From assembly GCA_002189035.1 (NCBI GenBank), contig NEEC01000020.1:248001-312000 (forward strand): DNA of 64,000 nt. Direction: 5' to 3'. Made by a program: the position numbers and the translations under genes. This stretch comes from Utricularia gibba (lineage: Eukaryota; Plantae; Magnoliophyta). Below are positions 13,630 through 25,395 of this stretch, one piece after another (position 1 is the stretch's first letter; every line of letters begins with the position of its first letter). The notes under the pieces are model-generated. The model saw nothing but the letters and a program-made list of their open reading frames with translations, was not told the DNA's origin and ran no database searches.

Positions 13630-16407
13630 ATGGCTGACGCTGCGTTTCTTTTTCCTTCGTCAAACGCCGTGAATTTGAAGAAATCAGCTGCTTTAGTGCA
13701 TTCTCGTCCGAAATCCAGACTCGGAGCATGTTATTGCACTGAAAGAACGGGGTACCAATGCAAATTTGACTCGCGTTCGCGTTCGGCAATCAAGGCTCCT
13801 ACTGCTCCGTGGATGAAGAAGCCACTTCTGGTCAGTCCCGGTGAGCTCTTGGACCTAAGAAAGCAAAGAAATCTGGAAACTTCTGTGGAAGGAAGGAATG
13901 GGGAAACTGAAGATGTGGATTTGATGAGAAGGGTGGGAGGTGGAAGAAACAAATTAGCAATGAAGAAAATCTTTAGAGGGATTGAGAAGCTTCAACAACC
14001 AGAGGATGTAGAGGAATCTGGGGATAGCGCAGAAAAGATTGTGTTTAGGTTTGCGCCAGGAGACCTCTTTGGGGAAGAAGATGATCATTCGAGTGCTGAA
14101 GATTTTGATAAGAGTGATCAGGAGTCAGAGGAGGATTCAGAAGTTATCAGATTCGAAATTCCTGTTACAGAGTCTGTGAAAGAAGTGAGATTCAAAAAAC
14201 TGCCATGGATAAGACAAGAGCCGTTGTCTTTCGGTAGGATACCACCTAATACAGGAACATTGAAAGAACACGGGTGTGAAAAGCTTGACGGGGTTTTGCT
14301 ACAGAGATTGAGAAGTGAGGCAGAAAAGATGAGGAAGTGGGTAAAGGTTAAGAAAGCTGGGGTGACTCAAGCTGTTGTCGATGAAGTTCATTTTGCTTGG
14401 AAAACCAACGAGCTCGCCTTGCTTAAGTTCGATGTTCCCTTGTGTCGGAATATGAACAGAGCTCGAGAAATTGTGGAGGTTAGTATTGCTTTCAAAATCA
14501 TCACCAGAGTTTCCCTCTGCTTGTTTCAAGACAATGCTGTTCATGTGCATAAAATTTCAGCTGAAAACTGGAGGGGTTACTGCTTGGCGGCATAAGGACT
14601 TTCTTGCTGTCTATAGAGGCAACAATCATAAATCGAGTGCGGATCAGTTATCAGATACAGATGACAACTTCGCTGGATATCAGGAAGCATCTCCCTCCAG
14701 TGGGGAACATGGTGATACTGGTCTAGGAGAGCATGAAGGGAAAGGTTTAGTCACAGCCTCTCTGTATGAGAGGGAGGCTGATAGGTTATTGGATGGCTTA
14801 GGTCCGCGCTTCATCGACTGGTGGATGCAAAAGCCGTTGCCTGTAGATGCAGACCTGCTTCCCGAATCAGTTCCAGGATTGAAGGTTCCTTCCAGGCTCT
14901 GCCCACCATTTACCAGACCCAAGCTTAGTGGTGCCGAGCTTACATACTTGAGGAAGCGTGCCCACAGTTTACCGACTCATTTTGTTCTTGGTATTCTTGT
15001 CTTCTACCATCATTCATCCTTTGAAGCATTTTGCAGGTGTTATAATTTTGTGTGAATCTGTGATTTGAAGGAAGGAATAGGAGACTGCAAGGGCTCGCTG
15101 CAGCCATTCTAAAGTTGTGGGAAAAATGCCATATAGCAAAGATTGCACTGAAGTGGGGTATCCCAAACACTGACAATGAACAAATGGCTAATGAGCTCAA
15201 GGCAAGTGCTCTCAAGTTCTATACTTTCAGTTTCGGTACAAAGTGCAGTATGAGTTATGTCTATGGCTCTTATGTACAGAGCCTCACAGGAGGAGTTCTG
15301 CTGCTAAGGAATAAATTCTTGATAGTTCTTTATAGAGGTAAAGACTTCCTCCCCTCTGAAGTAGCGAAGGCAGTGGCACAGCGGGAAAATGAGATTTCCA
15401 GGTCCCAGCTTCAGGAGGAAGCTGCACGATTACAAGCAACTGAAGCTGTTTCGAGTACAGGGGAATGCTCACTAGGCTATTTAGTCGTGGGGACCTTATC
15501 AGAGTTCCATAACATTCATTCTGATGGATATGGACCAGGACCGAAAGTGAAGGCTGAGGTTGATGTCCAGTTGGAATCAGATCGGGAAAGACTGGAGAAG
15601 CAGCTTAAGGAACAACAGCGAAAGCTCTCCATTGTCAGTCTTGCTTGGGTGTGACTTTCTGTTGAATAGAACGCATGAAATATTTAAACATTTTCCTTCC
15701 TTGCAGCTCAAGAAGAAAATAGAGAAAGCAGCCAGAGATTTAGAAAAACTAAAAGATGCTTCAAGGTTTTCAGAGCCGGATCCAGATGCAGAGAGCATTT
15801 CCAATGAAGAGAGCCAAAGCCTCAGGAAAATGGGGTTGGTTAGCGTCGACAGCTTAGTCCTTGGTAACAGATTCTTCATTTTCCTCCGCCATTTTCCATT
15901 TTTTCTTTCTGTAATTGCGGTAGCGAGTTTCATTCGCCCTTGATAGTCTTGCTCAATCCTGCATTGCTTCAGGGAGGCGCGGCGTTTTCAATGGCGTGAT
16001 CGAAGGGATGCATCAACACTGGAAACACAGAGAGATAGTTAAAGTCATCACAATGCAGAAAAGCTATTCACAGATCATGCTCACTGCGAAAACTCTTCAA
16101 GCAGGGAGTGGAGGAATCATCGTCTCCATAGATAAAATCAAAGAAGGACATGCGATCATCGTTTACCGTGGGAAGAACTACCAACGCCCCAAATGCCCAC
16201 CTGAGAATCTGATGACCAAAAGAGAGGCCTTGTCTTACTCTCTTCAGCTCCAAAGACTTGGTGTAAGTGATCCTCTTTCTCACAACATGACTGCCTCTTT
16301 TTTTCTTCCTGATCTTCATTTGTTTTCCAAAGCAGTCACTGAAGTTCTTCGCCAAACAACGCGAATTAGCCATCGCCGCCCTTCAACACGAGCTGGTAAC
16401 CTCATGA
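13630..16407 (+). CDS. CRS1: Chloroplast group IIA intron splicing facilitator CRS1 (three CRM domains)
   Basis: Transit-peptide-like start MADAAFLFPSS, then PTAPWM. CRM motifs: WVKVKKAGVTQAVVDEVHFAW..LKFDVPLCRNMNRAREIVE, GLGPRFIDWW..PLPVDADLLP, LTGGVLLLRNKFLIVLYRGKDF, HWKHREIVKVITMQK..HAIIVYRGKNY. Terminal exon SLKFFAKQRE...* (16405-16407). Confidence 0.88.
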
Positions 16408-17567
16408 TTCTGCCCTTGTGTTTTGAAACTTCGCCACCATATTTGCAAGGGGTTTGAATCACATGAAGCGACCATTTTCAGGACAAGCTTCTATGATTGA
16501 AATCCAGGGAAGTTGGAAGATGGCGGCAATTGACGGATTGGACAGCCGTCTGATGCGAATTTGTACGTTTTTACATGTAATCAACCTTCAAAACCTGCAA
16601 AAGATTTAATCTTTATACAGGAAACTTCCCTAAACAACATCACCTCCACTTTTTCATGCTACTAAAATGAATACAAACTGGACATGTAGTCCAGGTTAGC
16701 TGAGAGTATTTCTTGGAAAGAACCACAGCTATAACTAGCCAAACAACGGCAAAAGCCTGTATCTTTAACAGATCATAATGATGTGCAACTCAGTTACTGC
16801 AGAATGCCATTGATTCAACGCAGCCATTATGCCGAATCAAGGCCTTGTTATATAAGTGTCAGGTGTTATGGGGTGAAACAAATCTTCAATATCACATTAG
16901 GCGTGAAGTCTTGGAGGTAACTTTTCGAAAGAAGTAAAAATTCCTCAAGATCTTGATGATCCAATCTCTGCCCATGAAAAACACCTACATTCAATTGGAG
17001 TCCCTTCTGGGAGATGAGTTACAGAATCTTAAGCAGGTCTTTGGTAACTTGCTTGATCTCACATCGAGAGATTTCGAAGCCATGCAGATAGGCTTTCTGC
17101 AACCCAGATAATGAGTTTCGTATAAGCCCTTCTTGTCTTCTACCTATCTCTTATACAATGGATAAAATCTCTTCTTCTGATGTGGTTTTAAGCTCTTTGC
17201 AGAACAACAAATGGATAAAGCCAGGTCGCATAGGCCACCAAACAAGAAACTTTGTGAACCCAGCTCATGGCTTGAAGGAAGGTCGGAAGGATCTTAACAG
17301 TGCAGATACAACAAATGATCAAGGAGATAAACGCTTAAAAGCCTTGTAGGCCTTGGATCCAGTTAAAGCACGAAGAAGCAAGTCTTGCAGCAAAAAAGAA
17401 AATCAACACGAGGTATATATCAGACACAAATCACCAATATGGGCGCAAATGTCTCAACCCAGAGAACAAGAAACGTGAAGTAAAGCAGTGATCATGAATC
17501 TAGGCCATCAAAACAGGGAAAATGGTGTCTCGCATGAGGCAAAAAACATGATCTTCAACAAGCAGTC

Positions 17568-18243
17568 CTAATACCCACCTTTGAGGTCGTTGACAACATC
17601 GTAAGGAATGGGTGTCACCGTTTCCATGGTGGCTCCCTCGACCATAAACCCCGGTTTGGGGCCTTCTGGTTGCCTCTTTGTGCTGATAATTTTTCCTTGC
17701 GCCTTGGCCTCAGCTTTCAGCTCATCATTTTTCCTTATCCTCTGCAGAAACTCCTCATGGCACCTAGATGGCTGGACGTGCTCCACTCGGACATGGATCC
17801 TCTTCCTTATGATCCGGTTCCCCACCTGCATATATTCACAGAGACATTCACTGCAAGTCACTCCTGTTTTCTGCAATATATAATTAAAATTCCTTTGCTT
17901 GCACAACGAAGAAACACATGAATCAATGCCGATGCAGTTTCAGCACATCCAAAACACCAATCAATCACACAGGAGCTGGCATCCAAAATCCGGGTGAGAA
18001 AGGTACCTGCTTGTTGACTTCAACGCCAACGGCTCTCTTAGTGACGTTCCAAACACGACCAGTGCGGCCATGGTAGAACTTATGAGGCATGCCCTTGTGG
18101 ATGGAGCCATTGACCTTAACATCGACGTAGTCTCCGATCTTGTAAACCCTCAAGTAGGTCGACAGATGAGTAGGTCCCTTCTTGCGGAACGGCCTCGCGA
18201 ACAGATCCCTCGTGCGCGACCTCAAACCGTGACCCGCCGGCAT
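17568..18243 (-). CDS. RPL21: 60S ribosomal protein L21 (eL21); 2 exons, 18243-18007 and 17825-17568
   Basis: [23 protein letters not shown]...VGVEVNKQ | [22 protein letters not shown]...NDLKGGY*. Confidence 0.98.
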
Positions 18244-18289
18244 CGTGCTCCCCGGTTCTCAGATGCAGAACACCCGCGGAAGAGGGACG

Positions 18290-18362
18290 AATTTAGGGTT
18301 ATCGCAGTGAAACGGGCCCCTGTGAGACCACAAACCAATATGGGCCCACAACTAAGCCCAAT
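18290..18362 (-). promoter_or_regulatory. RPL21 proximal promoter: telo-box-like motif plus site II cluster
   Basis: TTTAGGGTT at 18292-18300 (one mismatch from AAACCCTAA), TGGGCCCA at 18341-18348 and AGCCCA at 18355-18360. This combination is typical of plant ribosomal-protein promoters. Confidence 0.7.
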
Positions 18363-19944
18363 ATTTTCTCACCAGCAGAGAATCCGCCCAATAGAGAATA
18401 TGTCCAACAATAGATACTCCTAATACGAGGAAAAATCCGACAAGCCTCTCATTTGTTGCAAATAAACCCGAAGCATCTATCGATCACTTCAAATCATATT
18501 AGATACTAATGGAATAATATTGAACTAATAATTCAATATTATGATCCATGTTTCTCGTGTACTAATGTACATAGAAAGGTACCTTAATCCAAACCAAACT
18601 GCAGTTTGAATCGAAACCAAGTATCGTATTGAAAAAAATGTTTCATAAATAGTTTTGTTATTAAATATAAACAATATTTATTTAACAGAAAACGAAGTAT
18701 CTTCTTTGTAGTTTTTGTTTGGCATCAGAATTGAATGGAATTAGTTTCTGATTATAGAAAATCATTTAAGAAGTAATTTTTGTTATTCAATAAAAATCAT
18801 TTCCATTCAAAAAACATAAATCTAAAAATGCTTTACATTTTTTAATAGATTTTAAGTAAACCGTTTGCGATGAGTTGACTTTTGCAGCCGTTAAGAGGAT
18901 GGCCCCCTAAACCCTTTCTCACGACAAAGAAAACAAAAAAAACAAAAATGAAATGACCAAAAAAGTCGTCGTTGACTTCCAGTCCAATGGCGTCTGCGAG
19001 AGGGAAAGGCATGGTTGACACCCACGGGAAAGCTGAAATAAAAAAATGTCAACGCGCGTGTCACATTTCATTCACGTTTTTTTGTTTTAAAAAAAGTCAT
19101 TAATTCAAATTAAACACATAAAAAGTGGATTCAAATGGCGTGAAGAACAATACACAGAAATTATGTTATTTCAAAAAGGGAGAAAAAAGAGGCCTGATAT
19201 ATAATATATTTATAATCCGTGGTTCCGATCTGTATCCAGTTTGCTCGCGTGTCCGACGCGGGATCCGAGTCCACGGGTTTTGAAGACACAGAAAACGGCG
19301 GGGACCGCGGCCAACGCTTTCTTCTAGAAGGAATCCACATGCTGACTCATCGTTTCCTATCCTCTGTGCCGCCCTACGGTGCACCCTGTTTTTCTGTTAG
19401 AAAATTTTACGAATGGATCACTGTTTTAATTCTAAATATTTTAAAATTATTTATAATGGATGAAAAAATTAATTTCCACTATTTATATTAATGGTATAAT
19501 TTTTCCTTAATTACGAACCCTTTCTCATGGCAAAGAAAAATGAATTATTAATATTTGAATTTTATTTATTTTGATTTTAGATCGAATTTTCAAATTTTTT
19601 TAATAATTAATAAATGTTTAAATGGGCTTTTCCGACACGGTGTCAGTAGCGAGTCCTTACGGCGGCCCGCCGCTGAATAAAGTGAAACCGAGGGAGCCAA
19701 TGGCATACCGACCCTACGGCTCTCAGCCAATCAAAAGCCTCCAAAATTATTTCATTTTTTTAATTTAATTACAGGTTGAAACTTGAAAATATCTTGAGAC
19801 GTTTATCGCCACGTGTACGTCTCGGATTCATCCTCTGCCGCTTATAAAAGTTATCCGATGGTTCTCCTGCATCTTCATCCTACCAGGTGTTCGGAAAAAG
19901 CTTTTCAATCGTCTTTTGGTTTGCAGTGTGTTGTGTCATCGGAG

Positions 19945-20994
19945 ATGGAAATGGTGAATGATGGTGGATGCTCCGAATTGCTTCCGGGTCTACCCGAAGA
20001 TGTCGCTCTCGAGTGCTTGACGCGAGCGCACTTCTCGGCTCACGCTGCGGCGGCGATGGTCTGCCGCCGGTGGCGGGATCTTTTTCGAAGCAAGGAATTT
20101 TATTACCACCGGAAAAAGAAGGGGTTCACGCACAAACTTGCGTGTCTAGTCCAGGCTCTGCCGGAGGACACGGCAGGGAAAGCGATGCGCCAGCAGAGGT
20201 ACGGGATATCGCTTTTTGATCCTGTAAATTGTTCGTGGGATCGGGTTGATCCGGTACCGGAGTACCCGGATGGGCTTCCGCTGTTCTGTCAAGTGGCAAG
20301 TTCAGAAGGGAAGTTAATTGTGATGGGGGGGATGCATCCGGAGAGTTGGGAGCTGGTGAAGGATGTTTTCGTGTTTGATTTCACCGTGGGGCGGTGGAGG
20401 CGATCGGCAGATTTGCCGTCCACCAGGTCGTTCTTCGCCGTCGGGGCGATCGGCGGGGAGCTAATCGTCGCCGGCGGGCACGACGAGAGCAAAAACGCGT
20501 TGAACTCCGCGTGGGCGATGAATATAGAGAAACAAGAGTGGCGAGAATTGGGGAAGATGAACGAAGAGCGCGACGAGTGCGGCGGAGTCGTCGTGGGGAA
20601 CGAGTTCTGGGTCGTGAGCGGATACGGCACGGACACGCAGGGGGCATTCAAATCCACCGCGGAAGCTCTCGACCCCGTGTCCGGCGACTGGCGGCGCATG
20701 GAGGACTGCTGGCCTGTCTCCCGGAGCCCAAGATCGTGCGTCGGTGTCGGAGACGGCGAGAAGGGGAGCTCGCTGGTCTGCTTGGCGGCGGAGGATGCCG
20801 GGATTCAGGCGGTGGCGTGCGGCGTGCAAGTCGGTGGCACGACGCTCCTCACCGGAGCGGCAGATCACGGAGCCCCACATAGCTGCTACTGTTTGTTGGA
20901 TAAGAACGAAGGGCAGAAGAGGAAATTCACAAAGCTCGACTCGGTCGACCAGTACAGTGGCATCATCCAATCTGGATGCTGCGTGGAGATCTGA
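19945..20994 (+). CDS. F-box/kelch-repeat protein (KFB39/KFB50, KMD/SKIP20 clade), single exon
   Basis: F-box LLPGLPEDVALECLTR; kelch motifs LPLFCQVAS..GKLIVMGG, RSFFAVGA..IVAGGHDESKNAL, RDECGG..FWVVSGYGT; C-terminus QSGCCVEI*. G-box at 19810-19815 and TATA-like element near 19843 suggest the start is 19945. Confidence 0.92.
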   Translation: MEMVNDGGCSELLPGLPEDVALECLTRAHFSAHAAAAMVCRRWRDLFRSKEFYYHRKKKGFTHKLACLVQALPEDTAGKAMRQQRYGISLFDPVNCSWDRVDPVPEYPDGLPLFCQVASSEGKLIVMGGMHPESWELVKDVFVFDFTVGRWRRSADLPSTRSFFAVGAIGGELIVAGGHDESKNALNSAWAMNIEKQEWRELGKMNEERDECGGVVVGNEFWVVSGYGTDTQGAFKSTAEALDPVSGDWRRMEDCWPVSRSPRSCVGVGDGEKGSSLVCLAAEDAGIQAVACGVQVGGTTLLTGAADHGAPHSCYCLLDKNEGQKRKFTKLDSVDQYSGIIQSGCCVEI

Positions 20995-21205
20995 TCCCCA
21001 TTTTTGCCCAATCTCCCTGTGTGAAATTACAACTTTGGGTTTGTGCAGTGTTCACCTTCACCACCCATTGGTGGCCTTTCTTTGTACAGACTACAGAGCA
21101 CTCCATTCTGTTCAGAGAGTTTTGATCCCATTCTGTCCTTTGGAAAATCGATTTCCATGAAAAGAGAGTGCAATCCCAATGAATAATGATACTGTAGTGT
21201 TGGTT

Positions 21206-22609
21206 TCAAGCCACGGTGGCTGCTGCGGGAGTGAAAACCGCTTCCTCCAGTTCATCTCTGGTCAGCAGTCGGCTTCTTGAGTGTTCAAACAGCGGGGACA
21301 ACAAACTCTCTCCCTGGGCTAATGGGGTTAACTGGAAATGGCTCCCGGCTGCTTGGATAGTGTCTTGGATGAAGGCCGACCGACATATGTAATCCTTCAT
21401 GCTGCATATGAAATCCAGATGACTCCTTCCCTGGAAATCAGAGTTTCAGAGACTGCATACACGTGTGAAGTGGATGATGAAAGCTTCTGGAAAGAGAGGA
21501 CCTGTCGATACTTGGGAGCTTTTACTGGCACCTTGAGATAACTCATGTTACTCATCTTGTAATCCCACAGAAAGGAAGTGTGTTGTAGCCACCTTTTTGA
21601 TGTAATGGACAAAGCATTTCCACCAAATTTGCGCCCATCGAGCACATAATCTGAAGCCAAGAAGCATAATGAGTTTCTCCATGAAGAAGAATCGGATAAG
21701 AAGTCCAAACGCACTTTGCTCTTGCTGCAGTAACAATTGGGAAGAATAGAGTTGTTTACCGTTCTCACAAACGCTGAAGTCTGCTCCTCTGCCATTGAAT
21801 ACTTTTTCATACAAATGGCCGGTCCAGTGGATGATGCGTTGAGGGTCGGGTTTTAAACCAGGGACAGCACCTTTGTTGCATATAAAAGTGACAAAGACCG
21901 TGTCCTGATCAACAATAACAGTGCCACCTCCAGACATTCTCCGGATAACTGGGATTTCATCCTGTAAAACGGATTCGGTTTCAAGAAGTTCCTGCGGTTT
22001 CCTAGAACAAATATTTACACAATCATGTGCATCAGCCTGTGAATCATCTTATCGAAAAGGGCCACTAGAATTGAGAAGAACAGTTCAAGACATTGGGATG
22101 TTTGGTATGGGATGCCCAAAAACATTCTTTCCCTTGATATTGATAGTTACAGCATACTTGTTATGCACATGCAGCATTATCTGTGTCCCCAGGAATCGAC
22201 ATCAACCACCAATTATGCAGACTGAAACTCGAAGATATTGTCAAAACTGAATGGGAGAAATGGGAATCAGGCTTATAATGGTCACAAAGTTGAAAATGGT
22301 TGTCTAATCTCACATTGTAACGACCCATCCATACCGGAAAATTACCAGACACACCCCTTCTTGCATGATACTATCCAACTAACCAAGAAAGGCAATTCCC
22401 ATGGTCATAAAAAAAATCTAACTATGTGATGAATTAGCTTTTTGATTCACTAACCCTGAAATCCCCATAACAATTGTGGGCTTGATGGTGCCATCGTTTA
22501 TGATACACCAGTTTTCTGATGAGGTTCTCATCAGCTTCTCTTCCAAGTGCAGTTGCCGAAGAATGGGGACGCCATTTAGCCTGATGAGATTCATCAATGG
22601 AAGCCCCAT
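21206..22609 (-). CDS. Biotin/lipoate protein ligase family protein (LplA-like, At3g29010-like)
   Basis: Exons: LMNLIRLNGVPILRQLHLEEKLMRTSSENWCIINDG, IPVIRRMSGGGTVIVD, DYVLDGRKFGGNALSIT..QHTSFLWDY, GRSHLDFIC. The true start could lie slightly upstream. Confidence 0.88.
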
Positions 22610-23580
22610 GCCGTTGGTTCGAAATCAACAACAAGAATCACTGAAAACAAAGGATTCCAGATCAACAATCAATACCACGCTCCGTCATTATATACACACC
22701 CACAACAATCAGAGAAATTCATAAAAAAGACCCCGGCTCCAGTTAACAATCACAACCTTGCAGTATTCAAACAACTTCCCCTAGGAGAAGAATCGCCTAG
22801 AAGAAACTAATCAGCAAGAGAAACCACTACACACACGCCCCATCACCACAACCATACCAACACGCAAGACTTTTTTCCTTTTCCTTCCGAAAGCAAATTC
22901 ATCAATCAAACGCCAATTTCACGAAATAACGTTTACAAAATTCACCGGATTCGATCGCCGCCGAGAATATGAAGAAAAAGCAAGTAGCCAATAACTGATC
23001 AGCTCCCTGAAACCCCAAGCGACGGTGGGAAGTTGCAGGGAAGACCAACAGTAAATGGATCATGAATCTTTACGGTAAATGGGCCAGCTCAAATCAGGCC
23101 CATCGGCCATTTCCATAACCGACGGTTTCAGTTCAACTGAACCGGTGGAAACCGGATTCCATGCTTCGGAACCGGTTTCTATTTTTTATTTTTTAAATCA
23201 AGTTCTTATTTAATTATTAAAATGAAAATTTAAGGAATTTAATAATTTTTTAAATTAATTATAAATTTAAAGGATTTTTTTGAAATAATTTGTATTTTTA
23301 TATAAATATATTTTTTTAAATAATTTTACTATCAAATATGAATTTTAGTTATTTTTAAAGAGTTAGAGATATTAAATATTTATTTTATTAGAATTATTTA
23401 ATCAAATATAAACATTTATTAACTGTTTGACTTGTATGCTCCACGTGTGCTTTCTTCAACAAGTCAACGTTGCGACTTGCGAGGCTTTCCATTAATGCCG
23501 TTGTTATTGTCTTCATTCTTGAGCATCTTATCTCTGAATCTGCGGCTCAGAGCTCCGGCGGGCCAGAAGACCCAGAAGGG

Positions 23581-25166
23581 ATGGCTGGTGGCGGCGGCTT
23601 GGGGGCCGTGGGAGTTAGGAGTGAGAGGGCAGCAGAGTACAAAGGCAGGTTGACCAGTTACGTGGTGGTCGCCTGTGTTGTCGCCGCCGTGGGAGGTTCT
23701 CTGTTCGGATACGACATTGGGATCTCCGGTGGGGTAACATCCATGGATGGGTTTCTCTTGAAATTCTTCCCCGAGGTTTACAGGAGCAAGAACCATGTGC
23801 GCGAAAGCAACTACTGCAAATATAATAGCCAGAGCCTCGCCGCGTTCACCTCCTCGCTTTATCTCGCCGGCCTGGTGGCGTCTCTCGCCGCTTCTCCCGT
23901 GACACGGCGATACGGGCGGCGGGGAAGTATTATTTGCGGTGGATTGAGTTTTCTCGTTGGAGCAGCTCTCGACGCCTCTTCCGTCAATCTGGGGATGCTC
24001 ATTCTCGGCCGGATCATGCTCGGTGTCGGAATAGGATTTGGCAACCAGGTAACTTATAGAGCTGCGCTCTACATTCATTTCTGATTAATAGTTTTTTTGG
24101 TATCGAGCTTTCACCGGAAATACGATATCAGGCGGTGCCGGTGTACTTATCGGAGATGGCGCCGGCGCATTTACGCGGAGCGCTGAACATGATGTTCCAA
24201 TTAGCCACAACGCTCGGGATATTCACTGCGAATATGATCAACTACGGCACCCAGAATCTCCGGCCATGGGGGTGGCGCCTTTCCCTCGGGCTTGCAGCGG
24301 TGCCGGCGACATTGATGACGGTGGGAGGTATCCTGTTGCCTGAAACACCCAATAGTTTAATCGAGAGAGGGAAACTGGAACAGGGGACTAGGGTTCTCGA
24401 GAAAATCAGAGGAACCAGAGATATCACCGCCGAATTGCAAGACATCGTCGACGCGAGCGAGCTCGCGAAATCCGTCTCGAATCCATTCAGAAACATTTTA
24501 CAGAGGCGAAACCGGCCGCAGCTGATCATGGCGATCTTCATGCCCATGTTTCAGATCCTCACCGGAATCAACTCCATCCTCTTTTACGCTCCGGTGCTGT
24601 TTCAGAGCATGGGCTTCGGAGGAGACGCCTCCCTTTACTCCTCCGCCGTCACAGGCGCTGTCCTCGCCGGATCCACCTTCATTTCAATCGCTACAGTCGA
24701 TAAAGTAGGAAGAAGGGCTCTCCTCCTCACCGGAGGAATCCAGATGATCGTTTGTCAGGTGATCGTATCGGTGATTCTGGGGTTGAAGTTCGGGAGCGAT
24801 CAAGAACTTTCCAAGGGGCTATCGGCGGCGGTGGTGCTGGTGATCTGTTTGTTCGTGGTGGCCTTCGGATGGTCGTGGGGGCCGTTGGGGTGGACGGTGC
24901 CGAGCGAGATTTTTCCGTTGGAGACGCGATCGGCGGGGCAGAGCATCACGGTGGCGGTGAACCTGTTCTTCACCTTCGTGATCGGGCAATCCTTTCTGGC
25001 GCTCCTATGCGCCTTCAGGTTCGGGATCTTCTTGTTCTTCGCGGCGTGGATATCCGTGATGACTCTCTTCGTCTACTTCCTGTTGCCGGAGACGAAGGGA
25101 GTTCCGATAGAAGAGATGGTGCTCCTGTGGAAGAAGCACTGGTTCTGGGCAAAGATTGTGCCTTAG
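23581..25166 (+). CDS. STP7: Sugar transport protein 7 (MFS hexose/pentose:H+ symporter); exons 23581-24048 and 24132-25166
   Basis: MAGGGGLGAVGV..ERAAEYKGRLTSYV, GYDIGISGGVTSMD, ESNYCKYNSQ, GFGNQ|AVPVYLSE, PETPNSL, WSWGPLGWTVPSE, PETKGVPIEEM. Confidence 0.93.
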
Positions 25167-25395
25167 ACAAGAACAATGTGACACTCACACCATTCTCATC
25201 TAAGATTTAGGTGTTTGATTTCGATTTCGATTTCGAAAACACACACAAACTATAACAGACAGATCAATAAACCAAACAACGATCGTTGTTTCGAAATTTT
25301 TCGACGAAAACTGAGTTTTAGACACATGAAAGAGCAAATGGTAGTGAGATCACAGATGGGGAAGCAAAACACACCTTGGGATACAGCAAAAGCCA

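Noticed and set aside
19813-19944. 44-codon in-frame N-terminal extension of the F-box/kelch ORF
   Set aside because: Starts at GTG and spans the G-box and TATA-like elements, so it is most likely promoter and 5'UTR.
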